From the NCBI GenBank assembly GCA_965218435.1, contig CBDCKW010000009.1:3296001-3360000 (forward strand): a DNA stretch of 64,000 bases, given 5' to 3'. Positions 39,005-49,229 of the stretch are shown here, piece by piece (position 1 is the first letter of the stretch; each line of letters opens with the position of its first letter). The DNA is from Truepera sp. GTDB lineage: Bacteria > Deinococcota > Deinococci > Deinococcales > Trueperaceae. Under the pieces are notes generated by a model. The model saw nothing but the letters and a program-made list of their open reading frames with translations, had not been told where the DNA came from and ran no database searches. Made by a program: the position numbers and the translations under genes.

Positions 39005-41263
39005 GTGCCGGACACCGTAGACCATCCCCTTATCAGCGTACTGAACGAAGAGCAGCAGGCGGCGGCGACGCATTTTCAAGGCCCCGCGCTGGTTTTAGCT
39101 GGAGCAGGCTCGGGCAAGACGCGCACCGTCGTTCACCGCATCGCCTATCTGATGGAAGCACACGAGGTCTACCCGACTGAAATCCTAGCAGTAACCTTTA
39201 CCAACAAGGCGGCAGGCGAACTTAAAGAGCGCGTGCGTCATCTCATGGGAGAAAAAGCCAAAGACCTCTGGGTCAGCACTTTTCACTCGGCGTGCCTGCG
39301 GGTGTTGCGGAACTACGGGCCGCTGATCGGTTTAGAAAACGGCTTTGCGATTTACGATGATACGGATCAGCTCGAGGTGCTTAAAGAGATTTTAGAACGG
39401 GTTTCGGGGCTGGGTGACGCGAACCCACGCGTCTTGCGTTCACTGATTGACCGCGCCAAATCAAACCTTTGGACACCTACCGATTTAATGCGCGAAGGCG
39501 AACGGGTCTTAGGCGGGATGGTTGCCGGAATGCCCTTGGATTTGATTGCCGAAGCGTATGAACGTTACAGCTCACGGCTGCGGCAGGCGAACGCCGTGGA
39601 CTTTAACGACATCTTGGGCCGCACCGTCGAACTCTTCGACGCCTTCCCCGATGTGCTGCAAAAGGTGCAGCAGCGCGCCGTGTTTATCCACGTAGACGAA
39701 TACCAAGACACGAACACCGCGCAGTACCGCCTGACCAAACAGTTGGCAAGCAGCTACGGCAACCTGATGGTCGTCGGTGACCCCGATCAAAGTATCTACG
39801 CGTTTCGTGGGGCGGATGTGCGCAACATTTTAGATTTCCGCGACGACTATCCGGACGCGGCGGTGTACCGGCTCGAGCTCAACTACCGTTCGGTCAGCAG
39901 CGTCTTAGACCTCGCCAACGCGATTATCACCGCGAACGAAGGCCGGTTGGAAAAAAACCTCAAACCGGTCAAAGGTGCGGGGGAAGCGGTCAAGCTCTAC
40001 CGCGCTTCTGACCACCGCGCCGAGGCCGACTTCGTGGCGCGGCAGATCGAACGGCTCCAAACAGGCACCCTGACGCCGAACAGCTTTGCGATCTTGTACC
40101 GCACGAACTCCCAGTCTCGAGTGTTAGAAGAGTCGCTCCGCCGCGCCGGAATCCCAGCTAAAATCGTCGGCGGCGTCGGCTTTTACGAACGCCGTGAGGT
40201 CAAAGATATGCTCTCTTACGCACGGGCGACGCTCAATCCAGCCGACGACATCGCGTGGCGGCGCGTCTTAAACCGGCCCAAACGCGGCATCGGCAAAACC
40301 AGCGAGGACAACCTGACGGCGTGGGCAGCCAAACACGACACGCGCTTCTCCGACGCCGTGCGCCAGAGCGAAGAAGTCTTACGCGGCACGCCCGCCGTCA
40401 AACGCATCAAAGAGTTTGCCGAGCTGATGGACGACCTCAAAGAAGCCGCCGAATCGCTCCCGGCAGCGCAGTTTCTTAAAGCGGTGATGGATCAGTCGGG
40501 CTATATGCAGTCCCTCAAAGACGAACGATCGTTCGAGGCGCAGGGCCGGATTGAGAACCTGGACGAACTGATCAGCGCCGTGACCGAGTGGCAGGAGGAG
40601 ACGGGCGGCTCGATTGGTGAATTTTTAGACGAGGCGTCTTTGATGGCAAGCGTAGACGACCGCGCGGTCAAAGCCGTCAATAAGGGCGACGTGCCCGAAG
40701 AAGCGGTCACGCTGATGACCCTGCATAACGCCAAGGGGCTCGAGTTTCCCGTAGTGTTCCTAGTCGGGATGGAAGAGAACCTGATTCCGCACCGCTCATC
40801 TACCGGCTCGCTGCAAGAGATCGAAGAGGAGCGCCGCCTTCTTTACGTCGGCATCACCCGCGCTCAAGAGGAGCTCTTTTTAGTCAACTGCGAGTCCCGT
40901 ATGAGTTTCGGCCGCACCGAGTTCGCGCGTCCGAGCCGCTTTTTAGAAGACGTCCCCAAAACGATGCTTCAAGAGATTGACATCTTTGGCCAAGACCTGA
41001 GCGAAGCGAAGCTGAACAAATACAGCCGCGCAGTCTGGGCACCGCCGAGCACTTCAGGTGAGGCTAAGGCAAATGGTAGTGCGGACGCTAAGTCCGGCGA
41101 CAGTTACCGGGGTGGCGAAAAGGTCACACACCCTAAGTTTGGCACCGGGACGGTCGTCGGTGTGTCGGGGGACGGGCCTCGAGCGGAGATCACCGTCGTC
41201 TTCAAAGAAGCCGGACCCAAACGGTTACTCATCAAATACGCCAACTTGAGCCCGGCAGCCTAG
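39005..41263 (+). CDS. uvrD: UvrD/PcrA DNA helicase
   Basis: AGAGSGKT, TFTNKAA, VDEYQDTN, NYRS, TLHNAKGLEF, EERRLLYVGITRA, Tudor motif HPKFGTG. Confidence 0.95.
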   Translation: MPDTVDHPLISVLNEEQQAAATHFQGPALVLAGAGSGKTRTVVHRIAYLMEAHEVYPTEILAVTFTNKAAGELKERVRHLMGEKAKDLWVSTFHSACLRVLRNYGPLIGLENGFAIYDDTDQLEVLKEILERVSGLGDANPRVLRSLIDRAKSNLWTPTDLMREGERVLGGMVAGMPLDLIAEAYERYSSRLRQANAVDFNDILGRTVELFDAFPDVLQKVQQRAVFIHVDEYQDTNTAQYRLTKQLASSYGNLMVVGDPDQSIYAFRGADVRNILDFRDDYPDAAVYRLELNYRSVSSVLDLANAIITANEGRLEKNLKPVKGAGEAVKLYRASDHRAEADFVARQIERLQTGTLTPNSFAILYRTNSQSRVLEESLRRAGIPAKIVGGVGFYERREVKDMLSYARATLNPADDIAWRRVLNRPKRGIGKTSEDNLTAWAAKHDTRFSDAVRQSEEVLRGTPAVKRIKEFAELMDDLKEAAESLPAAQFLKAVMDQSGYMQSLKDERSFEAQGRIENLDELISAVTEWQEETGGSIGEFLDEASLMASVDDRAVKAVNKGDVPEEAVTLMTLHNAKGLEFPVVFLVGMEENLIPHRSSTGSLQEIEEERRLLYVGITRAQEELFLVNCESRMSFGRTEFARPSRFLEDVPKTMLQEIDIFGQDLSEAKLNKYSRAVWAPPSTSGEAKANGSADAKSGDSYRGGEKVTHPKFGTGTVVGVSGDGPRAEITVVFKEAGPKRLLIKYANLSPAA

Positions 41264-41493
41264 CTCGCATTGCCCTTCTAAAATCGGCGGACGGCGTTTG
41301 CCAGGTAAAACAGAGAAGCGTTCAGAAGTTGACGACTCGAGAAGGGAAGCGGCGTCTCTCACACGTTCACAACATTACGGCAAAAGCGGGAGGTCAAGAC
41401 AGTCCAGACCTTTAGAGCTAGAGCTTAGAAGCAGAGTGTTACAATCTTACGACTTGGCTAGAGGTTCGGGTTGACTGAGCCGAAGGAGGAACA

Positions 41494-42297
41494 TTGAACG
41501 CTAAAGCAATCGTCGTCACCTCGGGCAAGGGGGGCGTCGGCAAAACGACGACGACCGCCAACGTCGGAGCGGCGCTCGCACAACTCGGGGAAAAAGTCGT
41601 CGTGATTGATACCGACGTTGGACTCCGCAACCTAGACGTGGTGATGGGACTTGAAGGCCGCGTCGTTTACGACCTCATTGACGTGTTTGAAGGGCGCTGC
41701 AAACTTAAACAGGCGCTGATTCGGGACAAACGCGTCGAGAATTTGTACCTACTCGCCGCGTCACAAACGCGCGATAAAAGCGCCCTGTCCGAAGAGCGGA
41801 TGCAAGAGACGGTGCAAAAGCTTTTGGACGAAGAAGAGTTCGACCGCATCTTGATAGATTCTCCGGCGGGGATCGAGTCAGGGTTTCAAACTGCGGCGAG
41901 CGCCGCCCAAGGTGCCCTCGTGGTTGTCAACCCCGAGGTCAGCAGCGTCCGTGACGCCGACCGTATTATCGGACTGTTAGAAGCTCGAGGCATTACCGAA
42001 GTCAAGTGCATCATCAACCGGTTGCGCCCGGCGATGGTCAAACGCGGCGACATGCTAGAAGTTGACGACGTCTTGGAAATCCTCGGGATCAAACTTATCG
42101 GGATTGTCCCCGAAGACGAAGAGATTATCGTTTCGACCAACATCGGGAGCCCCATCAGTTTAGAAGGTAAGTCGGGGGCTGGTGACGCGTTTCGCAGCAT
42201 CGCCAAACGGGTCCAGGGCCAAGACATCCCGCACGCCGCGTTAGAGAGCAAAAAAGGCTTGATGTCTTACTTGCGCCGCATTTTGGGGATGGACTGA
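41494..42297 (+). CDS. minD: Septum site-determining ATPase
   Basis: TSGKGGVGKTT, DVGLRNLD, DSPAGIE, SSVRDADR. Confidence 0.96.
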   Translation: MNAKAIVVTSGKGGVGKTTTTANVGAALAQLGEKVVVIDTDVGLRNLDVVMGLEGRVVYDLIDVFEGRCKLKQALIRDKRVENLYLLAASQTRDKSALSEERMQETVQKLLDEEEFDRILIDSPAGIESGFQTAASAAQGALVVVNPEVSSVRDADRIIGLLEARGITEVKCIINRLRPAMVKRGDMLEVDDVLEILGIKLIGIVPEDEEIIVSTNIGSPISLEGKSGAGDAFRSIAKRVQGQDIPHAALESKKGLMSYLRRILGMD

Positions 42298-42533
42298 TGT
42301 TTGGACTTTTCGGTCGGCAAAAGAGTAAAGACAAGCTTAAAGAGCGGCTTAAACTCGTCTTATCGTATGACCGCTCAGGGCTAGCGCCGGGTAAGATGGA
42401 CGAGCTAAAAAACGAACTCTTAGAGGTGATCGGCAAGTATTTTCCAACCGACGAAAACACCTACGACGTATCACTAGAGCAGCAGGGCGACCGGATGGTG
42501 TTGGTCGCTAACTTACCGGCAAGGCAGGCGTAA
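42297..42533 (+). CDS. minE: Cell division topological specificity factor
   Basis: KERLKLVLSYDR, ELLEVIGKY; coupled to minD. Confidence 0.93.
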   Translation: MFGLFGRQKSKDKLKERLKLVLSYDRSGLAPGKMDELKNELLEVIGKYFPTDENTYDVSLEQQGDRMVLVANLPARQA

Positions 42534-42596
42534 ACGCTCGCCAATAGACGCTCGTAAACGTCATAGACGTAGCTTTACAAAACCACACGGCTAACG

Positions 42597-42631
42597 TGCC
42601 CCGTACAAGATTTCTGTGCGGGGTACATTTT
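42597..42631 (+). terminator. Intrinsic terminator after minE
   Basis: TGCCCCGTACA-agatttc-TGTGCGGGGTA followed by CATTTTG. Confidence 0.55.
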
Positions 42632-42679
42632 GCACTCAGACTTTGGGTGCTAGACTAAACGACACGCAGGAGGTGCTAA

Positions 42680-43246
42680 GTGGACTATCAGTTGACCGGT
42701 CGTAACCTCGAGATTACCGACGCGATGCGCGCCCATACCGAGGAGAAGCTCGACAAGCTCAGCCGTTTTTCTGAGCACATCGTTGACGCAAAAATCACCA
42801 TGAGTTACGCCATGGACGGCAACGCGGCGCTCCCGGCCAAGGTCGAGATGCAGCTCAATTTGCCGCACGGTATCGTCCGGGCTGAAGAGAACGGCGCGGA
42901 TACCTATATGGCGACCGATACGGCGGTCGAGAAGCTCGAGCGTCAACTCAAACGCTTTAAGGAACGCAAGCTCACCAAAAGGACAAACGACGCGACACTT
43001 AGAGAGTTCGAAGCTTCCTCGGATGACCTGACCCCACTGGATACGTCTCCTGAACCGGAGCCTGACGAAGGTGAAATTGTTCGGGTCAAACGCCACGTGA
43101 TGCGCCCGATGTCACCTGAAGACGCCGCCATGCAGATGGAGGCGCTCGGTCACAGCTTTTTTGTATTTCGCAACATGGAAACTGAAGAGATCAACGTGAT
43201 TTATCTGCGTGACGATAGTGACTACGGGCTGATTGAACCTGCTTAA
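42680..43246 (+). CDS. hpf: Long ribosome hibernation promoting factor
   Basis: GRNLEITDA...EKLERQLKRFK; C-terminal MSPEDAAMQMEALGHSFFVF. Confidence 0.93.
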   Translation: MDYQLTGRNLEITDAMRAHTEEKLDKLSRFSEHIVDAKITMSYAMDGNAALPAKVEMQLNLPHGIVRAEENGADTYMATDTAVEKLERQLKRFKERKLTKRTNDATLREFEASSDDLTPLDTSPEPEPDEGEIVRVKRHVMRPMSPEDAAMQMEALGHSFFVFRNMETEEINVIYLRDDSDYGLIEPA

Positions 43247-43275
43247 CCGGTGAAAGAAGTAAGCGTCAAGGCTTA

Positions 43276-43309
43276 AACGGCGTGCTACCAGTAGAAGTGG
43301 CACGCCGTT
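43276..43309. terminator. Hairpin terminator after hpf
   Basis: AACGGCGTGCTAC...GTGGCACGCCGTT. Confidence 0.65.
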
Positions 43310-43487
43310 AATTACCTATTAAATCTTCTGCGAAATAGTGAGAAAAACGGCTACTTTCTTCGTTTAGGACAAGACAGCTAGCCCCGCGAGCCTCACAGGC
43401 AGATGTTTGCTGTTCAGCACGCTATAAAACATGCTTTGTGGGCTTATTACGCAGAACATTTATTAAGACCCTAAGATAACTCACACC

Positions 43488-44150
43488 CTACTCTCGAGGG
43501 ACAGCCTCGAGCCCTTGCCGCAGTTTAAGTACGGTGTCCGCCGGATAGAGGCCACGCAGCATCGAGCCGTGATACGCCACTGTGCGCGGCCCGATCACCG
43601 TGCCGGGGCCGGTTACACTGTTACACCCGAGCGATACCCTGTCACCGAGGGCTGCGCCGAATTTGCGTAATCCTGTGTCTATGCCAGCAACCTTGACCGT
43701 TCCGGAGAGCGTGCGAAAATTGGCGAGTTTAACTCCAGCCCCTAAATTAACCCCGCTTCCGAGTACCGAATCGCCGACATAATTAAAGTGTGGCGCAGCC
43801 GCACCGGGCAAAAAGAGCGAACGTTTGACTTCCGTCGCGTGACCGACTTTGGCTTTAGCTAAGAGAACGACGTTACCGCGCAGATAGGCGCTGTGACCAA
43901 CGGCAGCCCCCTCACCGAGCCACGCCGGGCCTTCGATAAAGGCGCACGGCCCAACCTTAGCGCCTGCAGCAACAAAGACATTACCCGTCAGCACCGCTGT
44001 AGGATGAACCTCACCGAGGATTTGTGCGGGGATGTCTGCAGCAAACGCGTCGAGCCGCGCAAGGATTTCCCAGGGAAACTCAGTCTCTAACAAACGCTGC
44101 AACTCCGGGGGCAGCCTCGGCGCATCAAATAGTTGAGCTGTAGTGAGCAT
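43488..44150 (-). CDS. Hexapeptide-repeat acetyltransferase (GlmU C-terminal-like)
   Basis: GHATEVKRS, PHFNYVGDSVLG, NLGAG, TGLRKFGA; no nucleotidyltransferase domain. Confidence 0.82.
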   Translation of the reverse strand: MLTTAQLFDAPRLPPELQRLLETEFPWEILARLDAFAADIPAQILGEVHPTAVLTGNVFVAAGAKVGPCAFIEGPAWLGEGAAVGHSAYLRGNVVLLAKAKVGHATEVKRSLFLPGAAAPHFNYVGDSVLGSGVNLGAGVKLANFRTLSGTVKVAGIDTGLRKFGAALGDRVSLGCNSVTGPGTVIGPRTVAYHGSMLRGLYPADTVLKLRQGLEAVPRE

Positions 44151-44220
44151 GAAGCATCTTACCGTGTGTAGTTTAGAGTCGCTGTGCGTGTCCCAAAGCG
44201 TCTTAAAACAGAGGTACAAG

Positions 44221-44248
44221 CAAAGAGGGAGCCCCGCAGGACTCCCCC
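44221..44248 (-). terminator. Terminator after slpA
   Basis: Minus strand GGGAGTCC-tgcg-GGGCTCCC-TCTTTG. Confidence 0.65.
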
Positions 44249-44273
44249 GAGTTTAACGATTCGCTCTACGCGT

Positions 44274-47207
44274 TTAGAAGTTAACCGTGTAGAGGATTGA
44301 GAAGGCTTGACCACCGGTTGCGCCGCCTGCAGCAGGACCGTTAGTATCGCTGACATACGCGCCGTAACCAAACTCGAGGCCGTAGTAGTTATACACAACT
44401 TCGTAGCCGCTCGTGACCTGCACAGTCCCGGCGTTGTACGAGTCCCCATCCGAGATGTCGCTGGCAAAGTCGTCGGAGCCGTTAACGTTCGGGTTGTTCT
44501 GGATGTTGGTGCCGGCATACGAACCGTAACGAACACCCAGGGTGCTGTTGTCGAGCAAGAACCGGTTGAAGTTAATGCCGACCGAGTACTGAATTGAGTT
44601 CGCCACGTAGTCCGGTACGTCAGCGGAAACGTCGCTGTGAACAGCGTTACGGTAGTTGACGTTGGCGGCAAGGCTGGGCTGGAGCAATATGTCGAGCGGT
44701 GTGGTCGAGATACCCGTACCAGCTTCGATCGAGTTGACGTCGTCGGAAAACTCGAGGTTGATGTTATCAACTTTTTGGTTGACGTAAGGCGAAACCGTAA
44801 TCCCAGCAATCGTGGTTTCGGCGTTAACGGTAGCCGCTGTAAGCCTATTGGCAGTAAAGCTGTACGCAACGTCAAAGTCAACACCGGGGAGGAGCGCGTC
44901 TTCAGCCTTGCCGTCTTGCCGCACGCCTACACCCAAACCGGCAACGTATTCAGTGTTGCGGTCAGCGGTATCGAGCAGCTGAACGGGCGTCCCATCAAGC
45001 GTGACATAGTTGTAGAAACCGTAGACCTCGATGGCACGGTAGAGCGTTGCGCCGAGTTCGATGCCGTAAGCGGCAACTTCGTTGCCGGTAACTGGTGGCC
45101 TACCGGCAAGTCCGGGTTCGGTCGCGTCTTCAGCAATGGTATACGTGTCGTAGAAACCGGTCAGGTTAAAGATGGACAGACCGACAGTCGCAGAAGCACC
45201 GTAACCTTTTTGGTCGGTTTTCCACGGGTAGGTGTCTTTGTCATACTTGATGCCGTACCAGTATTTGGGAATATCACGGTAGTTAGCTGTAAGGGTACGG
45301 AGGAGCGGAATGCCAGCGGCTTCGGTATCGACGTTGAGCTCACCGTAGACGAGGGTGCTGTCGAAGTCCGAACCGTCAACAACGACAGGCACACGGTCAG
45401 CCGAAGCAACGACTGCACCGGTGGTGTCGATATAGTCGCCAGCGGCGTTCTCGAGGTAATCATTTTTAGTCTGGAAGTAAACGCCGTCGCTGATTTGGTT
45501 GGTGGCGTACTCAAAGGTGACATTAAAGATGCTCAGGTTGACGTCGCCGTTAAGCCCGTAGACGGTAATGTCGGCGTTGGGACCGACACCTGGAAATCTA
45601 GGATCAACAGCCGTAGCAGCGTCGGCATTGTCAGCCGCGTTACCTGAAAGCTGCGCGACCGAGAAACCACCTGTCGCCGAGAAGCCCTCACCCGAGAAGG
45701 GCGTGAGCGTGCCGTGGATACCACGGTAGTAGGCGTCAGCAAAGGGGTTCGCAATAGGCGCACCAGGAGCGTCGCCGAGCGAAAGCGTGTCTTTACCGTT
45801 GTTCGGCAGCTCGATGGTATCGTCCTGGACGTCGCCACCGTTGGCAAAGGTACCGTAAGCAATTTGCAGTGTCGGTTGCAAGAACGCTAAGAATTCAGGC
45901 GTCCCGATGTCAACCCGGAAACCCGGCCCGATAGACTCGAACACGTAGTCGGTAAACGACGCGCCCGGTTTTTCACCGTAGTAGAAGTTGATCGGATCAG
46001 CGCCTATAGGCCCGAGCGTCGCCTCGAACGATTTGAACTCGAAAGCGTAACCGGTATAGTAGTTGCCGTCATCCGCGACGGTACCCGCGTCAATATCAAC
46101 GCCATCTTTAAGGATTTGGCTTTTGCGTAGTTCTAAGGCAACCGACGAGTCGAAGCTATTAAGACCCGATTCCGGCGCGATCCCGCGCGACTGCGAGAAG
46201 TTGATGTTCAGGGTTAGTTCTGGCTGAAAGTCACCCGTCGAGAAGTCAATGTCTTGGCGGTCTTGTGGGACTTCACCGGGGTCTTTTTCGTCGCCGTCGT
46301 CGTTAAGGTCTTCAGAAGCTGTAGCGAAATCGCCGGAGAAGATCGTGCCGGGTTGTTCACGCTTCTGGCCGACGCCGAAGATACGGTCAACGTCGAACGG
46401 CACACTGGCACCGCTGAGACGGCTGAGCTGGTACTTAAGGCCAATCGAACCGGTAAAGGCGAGGCCAGCTTTCTCCAAAGCCGTGACGCGTTTGTCTACA
46501 TCGTCTAAACGAGCGTTTTGTGCGGTGTCACTTTCTTCAATCGTCGCTACGCGCTCGGTCAAGCCCGCTTGGTTGCGGCGCAAGAGCACCACGAATTCGC
46601 GCAAATTGGCGATGTCCGAGGTGTTCTGAGTGATGTCATCTAAAAATGACGTATCGGCCTGACCCGAGGTAGCTCCGGCGATGTCGTCGTTAAGAATCTT
46701 AACGAGGTCGTTGAGCTGGCTGATCTGGTCGGTGTTCGACTGGACTTGTTGCGTGAGGCCAGCGGCAGCGGTTTGCGCGGCGTTAAGCGTATCGAGTTCA
46801 ACGGTCAGCGCGTCGAGTTGGGACTGAAGCTGCTCGACAGCGGCGGGATCAGCACCCTGAGAGCTGTTAATGGCGCTCTGCAAATCTTTGACGGACTGCT
46901 GATTGGCAGCGACGTCGCTGGCGAGTTCTTGCACGGCGTTACGGAGCGTATCGAGGTCGGCGCTGGTGAGCATTTCACCTTGCACGGTGTCGAGCAAGCG
47001 GGAGACGACGAGCGCGGCCTGGTAACGGGTAAACGCTTCGTTACCACGGAAGGTACCGTCGGGAAAGCCGATCACGATGCCTAAGTCGGCAAGGCGTGAC
47101 ACGGCCTCGGCAGCGTAAGAGTCCGACGGAACGTCCGGGAAGCTCTGCGCCGCTGCGACGCCGCCAACGGCAGTCGAGGCTAGGAGGGCGAGTAGGATTT
47201 TTTTCAT
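44274..47207 (-). CDS. slpA: SlpA-type S-layer protein/outer-membrane porin (SLH, coiled coil, beta-barrel)
   Basis: Signal peptide; SLH FPDVP...GFPDGTFRG...TRYQAA; heptad region; C-terminal YTVNF barrel signal. Confidence 0.88.
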   Translation of the reverse strand: MKKILLALLASTAVGGVAAAQSFPDVPSDSYAAEAVSRLADLGIVIGFPDGTFRGNEAFTRYQAALVVSRLLDTVQGEMLTSADLDTLRNAVQELASDVAANQQSVKDLQSAINSSQGADPAAVEQLQSQLDALTVELDTLNAAQTAAAGLTQQVQSNTDQISQLNDLVKILNDDIAGATSGQADTSFLDDITQNTSDIANLREFVVLLRRNQAGLTERVATIEESDTAQNARLDDVDKRVTALEKAGLAFTGSIGLKYQLSRLSGASVPFDVDRIFGVGQKREQPGTIFSGDFATASEDLNDDGDEKDPGEVPQDRQDIDFSTGDFQPELTLNINFSQSRGIAPESGLNSFDSSVALELRKSQILKDGVDIDAGTVADDGNYYTGYAFEFKSFEATLGPIGADPINFYYGEKPGASFTDYVFESIGPGFRVDIGTPEFLAFLQPTLQIAYGTFANGGDVQDDTIELPNNGKDTLSLGDAPGAPIANPFADAYYRGIHGTLTPFSGEGFSATGGFSVAQLSGNAADNADAATAVDPRFPGVGPNADITVYGLNGDVNLSIFNVTFEYATNQISDGVYFQTKNDYLENAAGDYIDTTGAVVASADRVPVVVDGSDFDSTLVYGELNVDTEAAGIPLLRTLTANYRDIPKYWYGIKYDKDTYPWKTDQKGYGASATVGLSIFNLTGFYDTYTIAEDATEPGLAGRPPVTGNEVAAYGIELGATLYRAIEVYGFYNYVTLDGTPVQLLDTADRNTEYVAGLGVGVRQDGKAEDALLPGVDFDVAYSFTANRLTAATVNAETTIAGITVSPYVNQKVDNINLEFSDDVNSIEAGTGISTTPLDILLQPSLAANVNYRNAVHSDVSADVPDYVANSIQYSVGINFNRFLLDNSTLGVRYGSYAGTNIQNNPNVNGSDDFASDISDGDSYNAGTVQVTSGYEVVYNYYGLEFGYGAYVSDTNGPAAGGATGGQAFSILYTVNF

Positions 47208-47829
47208 ATAAAGTGTACCCCTTGAACGTGGTGTAGCTGGCGTCAGTGGGCGGTAAGAAAACGGGCGTAACAAGAGTTTCCGAGTTTCCTCATCGTTACG
47301 CTCTGTTAGAAAACGTTGCGCACTGGGATTTAGGGTCTTTTCAGGCCGGTTCAAGTGGTTGTCACCTCCTTTCGCTGCGACCTTTAGGACATAAATCCAC
47401 AGGCAGTATTCCATAAGCTTTAGGTGAGTGTCAAACCAGGTCAGCCGTTCGTAAAAAGCTTACCAGCCGCCGCTTTAACATGAGAAATGCGCTCTAGCAC
47501 ACCTTTTTTAACAATTCTGGAGAGATGAGAAAGCGTTGCTCGAGCTGAGCGCAGCCGTTTTTACATATCACCGGCGAAATTTGTTTGTTACGTGCCACAC
47601 GGCACTTACGCAACTTACACACGATTCTTATAAGGCGTTTTATGCTCTGTGCTGAGCCGAGAGGGGCTGTCAGCGTCGTAGGCTGAGCTATAACACAGGG
47701 CTTGACTCATTGGCAACAGCTTGGACTTGTGTGAGAAAGTATAAAGTACACAGCTTGCCCAGGGAAATCTATCTGGGGGCTCGAGGTTGAGCACCGGTCA
47801 TAAGGTTGAGCACAAGGTTAAGATGAAGC

Positions 47830-48726
47830 ATGACACGACCACATGTTGCGGCGGCGGACGCTCTCTTGGGACGCGAGTTTCGCGTGCTGAACAAGGGTTT
47901 TGTACGGCTGGTGGATTATCTGGGGGGCGACGCCCGCATCGTGCAAGCGGCGCGGGTCTCGTATCAAGAGGGTACCAAGTCGGTTCGTGAAGACGGCGCA
48001 CTGATTGATTACTTAGTGCGGCACAAACACACGTCACCTTTGGAGCAGGTCGTCCTGACCTTTCACCTCAAAATGCCGATCTTTGTCGCGCGGCAGTGGC
48101 TCCGGCACCGCACCGCGCGGCTCAACGAGATTTCCGGGCGGTACAGCGTGATGCGAGACGAGTTTTATCTGCCCGATGAGGCGCAGGTGCGGCGGCAGAG
48201 TGAGGCGAATAAACAGGGGCGCAGCAACGAAGAGGTACCCGCCGAACTGCAAGCGAAAACCTTGGAGTTGCTCCAGAGCGGTCAGCAAGGTGCGTACACG
48301 GCGTATCAAGAATTGCTCGACGAAGACGTGGCACGCGAACTCGCCCGGATCAACCTACCGCTGAGTCTTTACACCGAGATGTACTGGCAGATTGACCTGC
48401 ACAACTTGTTTCACTTTTTACGGCTTCGGCTCGACGCGCACGCACAGTACGAAATCCGGGTGTACGGCGAAGCGATGGCCGAAATCGCCCGCGCCGTCGC
48501 GCCGCTCGCGTACCGGGCGTTTGAAGAGCACAGCTTATACGCCAAGACGTTTTCATGGTCTGAAATGGCGCTATTACTCCAAGCAGTGGACAGAGAGGCG
48601 CTGGAGCGAGTCCTAGAGGACAGCGACCTGAGAAAGACGCGGCAGCGTGAGCTGTTAGACAAGTTGAGCATCACCGAGAAAACACCGCTTTACGAACCGG
48701 AAGCAAAAGAAAAGACCCCGGCCTAG
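47830..48726 (+). CDS. thyX: FAD-dependent thymidylate synthase
   Basis: AARVSY, HTSPLEQ, RQWLRHR...NEISGRY, RELAR, HAQYEIR. Confidence 0.96.
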   Translation: MTRPHVAAADALLGREFRVLNKGFVRLVDYLGGDARIVQAARVSYQEGTKSVREDGALIDYLVRHKHTSPLEQVVLTFHLKMPIFVARQWLRHRTARLNEISGRYSVMRDEFYLPDEAQVRRQSEANKQGRSNEEVPAELQAKTLELLQSGQQGAYTAYQELLDEDVARELARINLPLSLYTEMYWQIDLHNLFHFLRLRLDAHAQYEIRVYGEAMAEIARAVAPLAYRAFEEHSLYAKTFSWSEMALLLQAVDREALERVLEDSDLRKTRQRELLDKLSITEKTPLYEPEAKEKTPA

Positions 48727-48737
48727 TTCGCTGAGCT

Positions 48738-49193
48738 GTGAAGTACCAAATTGTTGCGATTGGCAGGCTCAAACGTGGGTTTTTGCAAACGGGCTGTGAG
48801 CATTTTTTGGCGCGGCTCGTACCCTACGCTAAAGTTGCGGTGCTCGAGCTCAAAGAGGGACGCGGTGATCCGGCTGAAGTTACCGAACAGGAGGGTGCGG
48901 CGCTCCTTAAGGCGGCGAACGGCTACCTTATCGCACTCGATGAAGGCGGACAAGAACACACCTCGGCGGCTTGGGCGGCGCACATCAGCGAGTTGGAGGT
49001 CCGCTCAGTCGGTCAGGTCAGCTTGTTGCTCGGCGGCGCAAATGGTCACAGCGGGGCGCTTAAAAACCAGTCCGATGAGCTGTGGAGCCTTTCTAAGCTG
49101 ACGTTGCCCCACGAGTTAGCGCGGCTCGTGCTGTTAGAGCAGCTTTACCGCGCGGAAACGATTCGCTCCGGGCACCCGTATCACCGGGAGTAG
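48738..49193 (+). CDS. rlmH: 23S rRNA m3Psi1915 methyltransferase
   Basis: SLSKLTLPHELARLVLLEQLYRA...GHPYHRE. Confidence 0.95.
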   Translation: MKYQIVAIGRLKRGFLQTGCEHFLARLVPYAKVAVLELKEGRGDPAEVTEQEGAALLKAANGYLIALDEGGQEHTSAAWAAHISELEVRSVGQVSLLLGGANGHSGALKNQSDELWSLSKLTLPHELARLVLLEQLYRAETIRSGHPYHRE

Positions 49194-49229
49194 GCGGGGC
49201 GCAAGTGGCGGAGATTCCGGCAGTCTGTA

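Noticed and set aside
44637..45647. 336-aa ORF antisense to slpA, and similar antisense ORFs such as 2017-2424 and 19615-20256
   Set aside because: Shadow ORFs caused by strong codon bias in the real genes on the opposite strand.
47208..47414. N-terminal extension of SlpA in the ORF track
   Set aside because: The signal peptide begins at MKKILL (47207); the upstream stretch is better read as 5' UTR.
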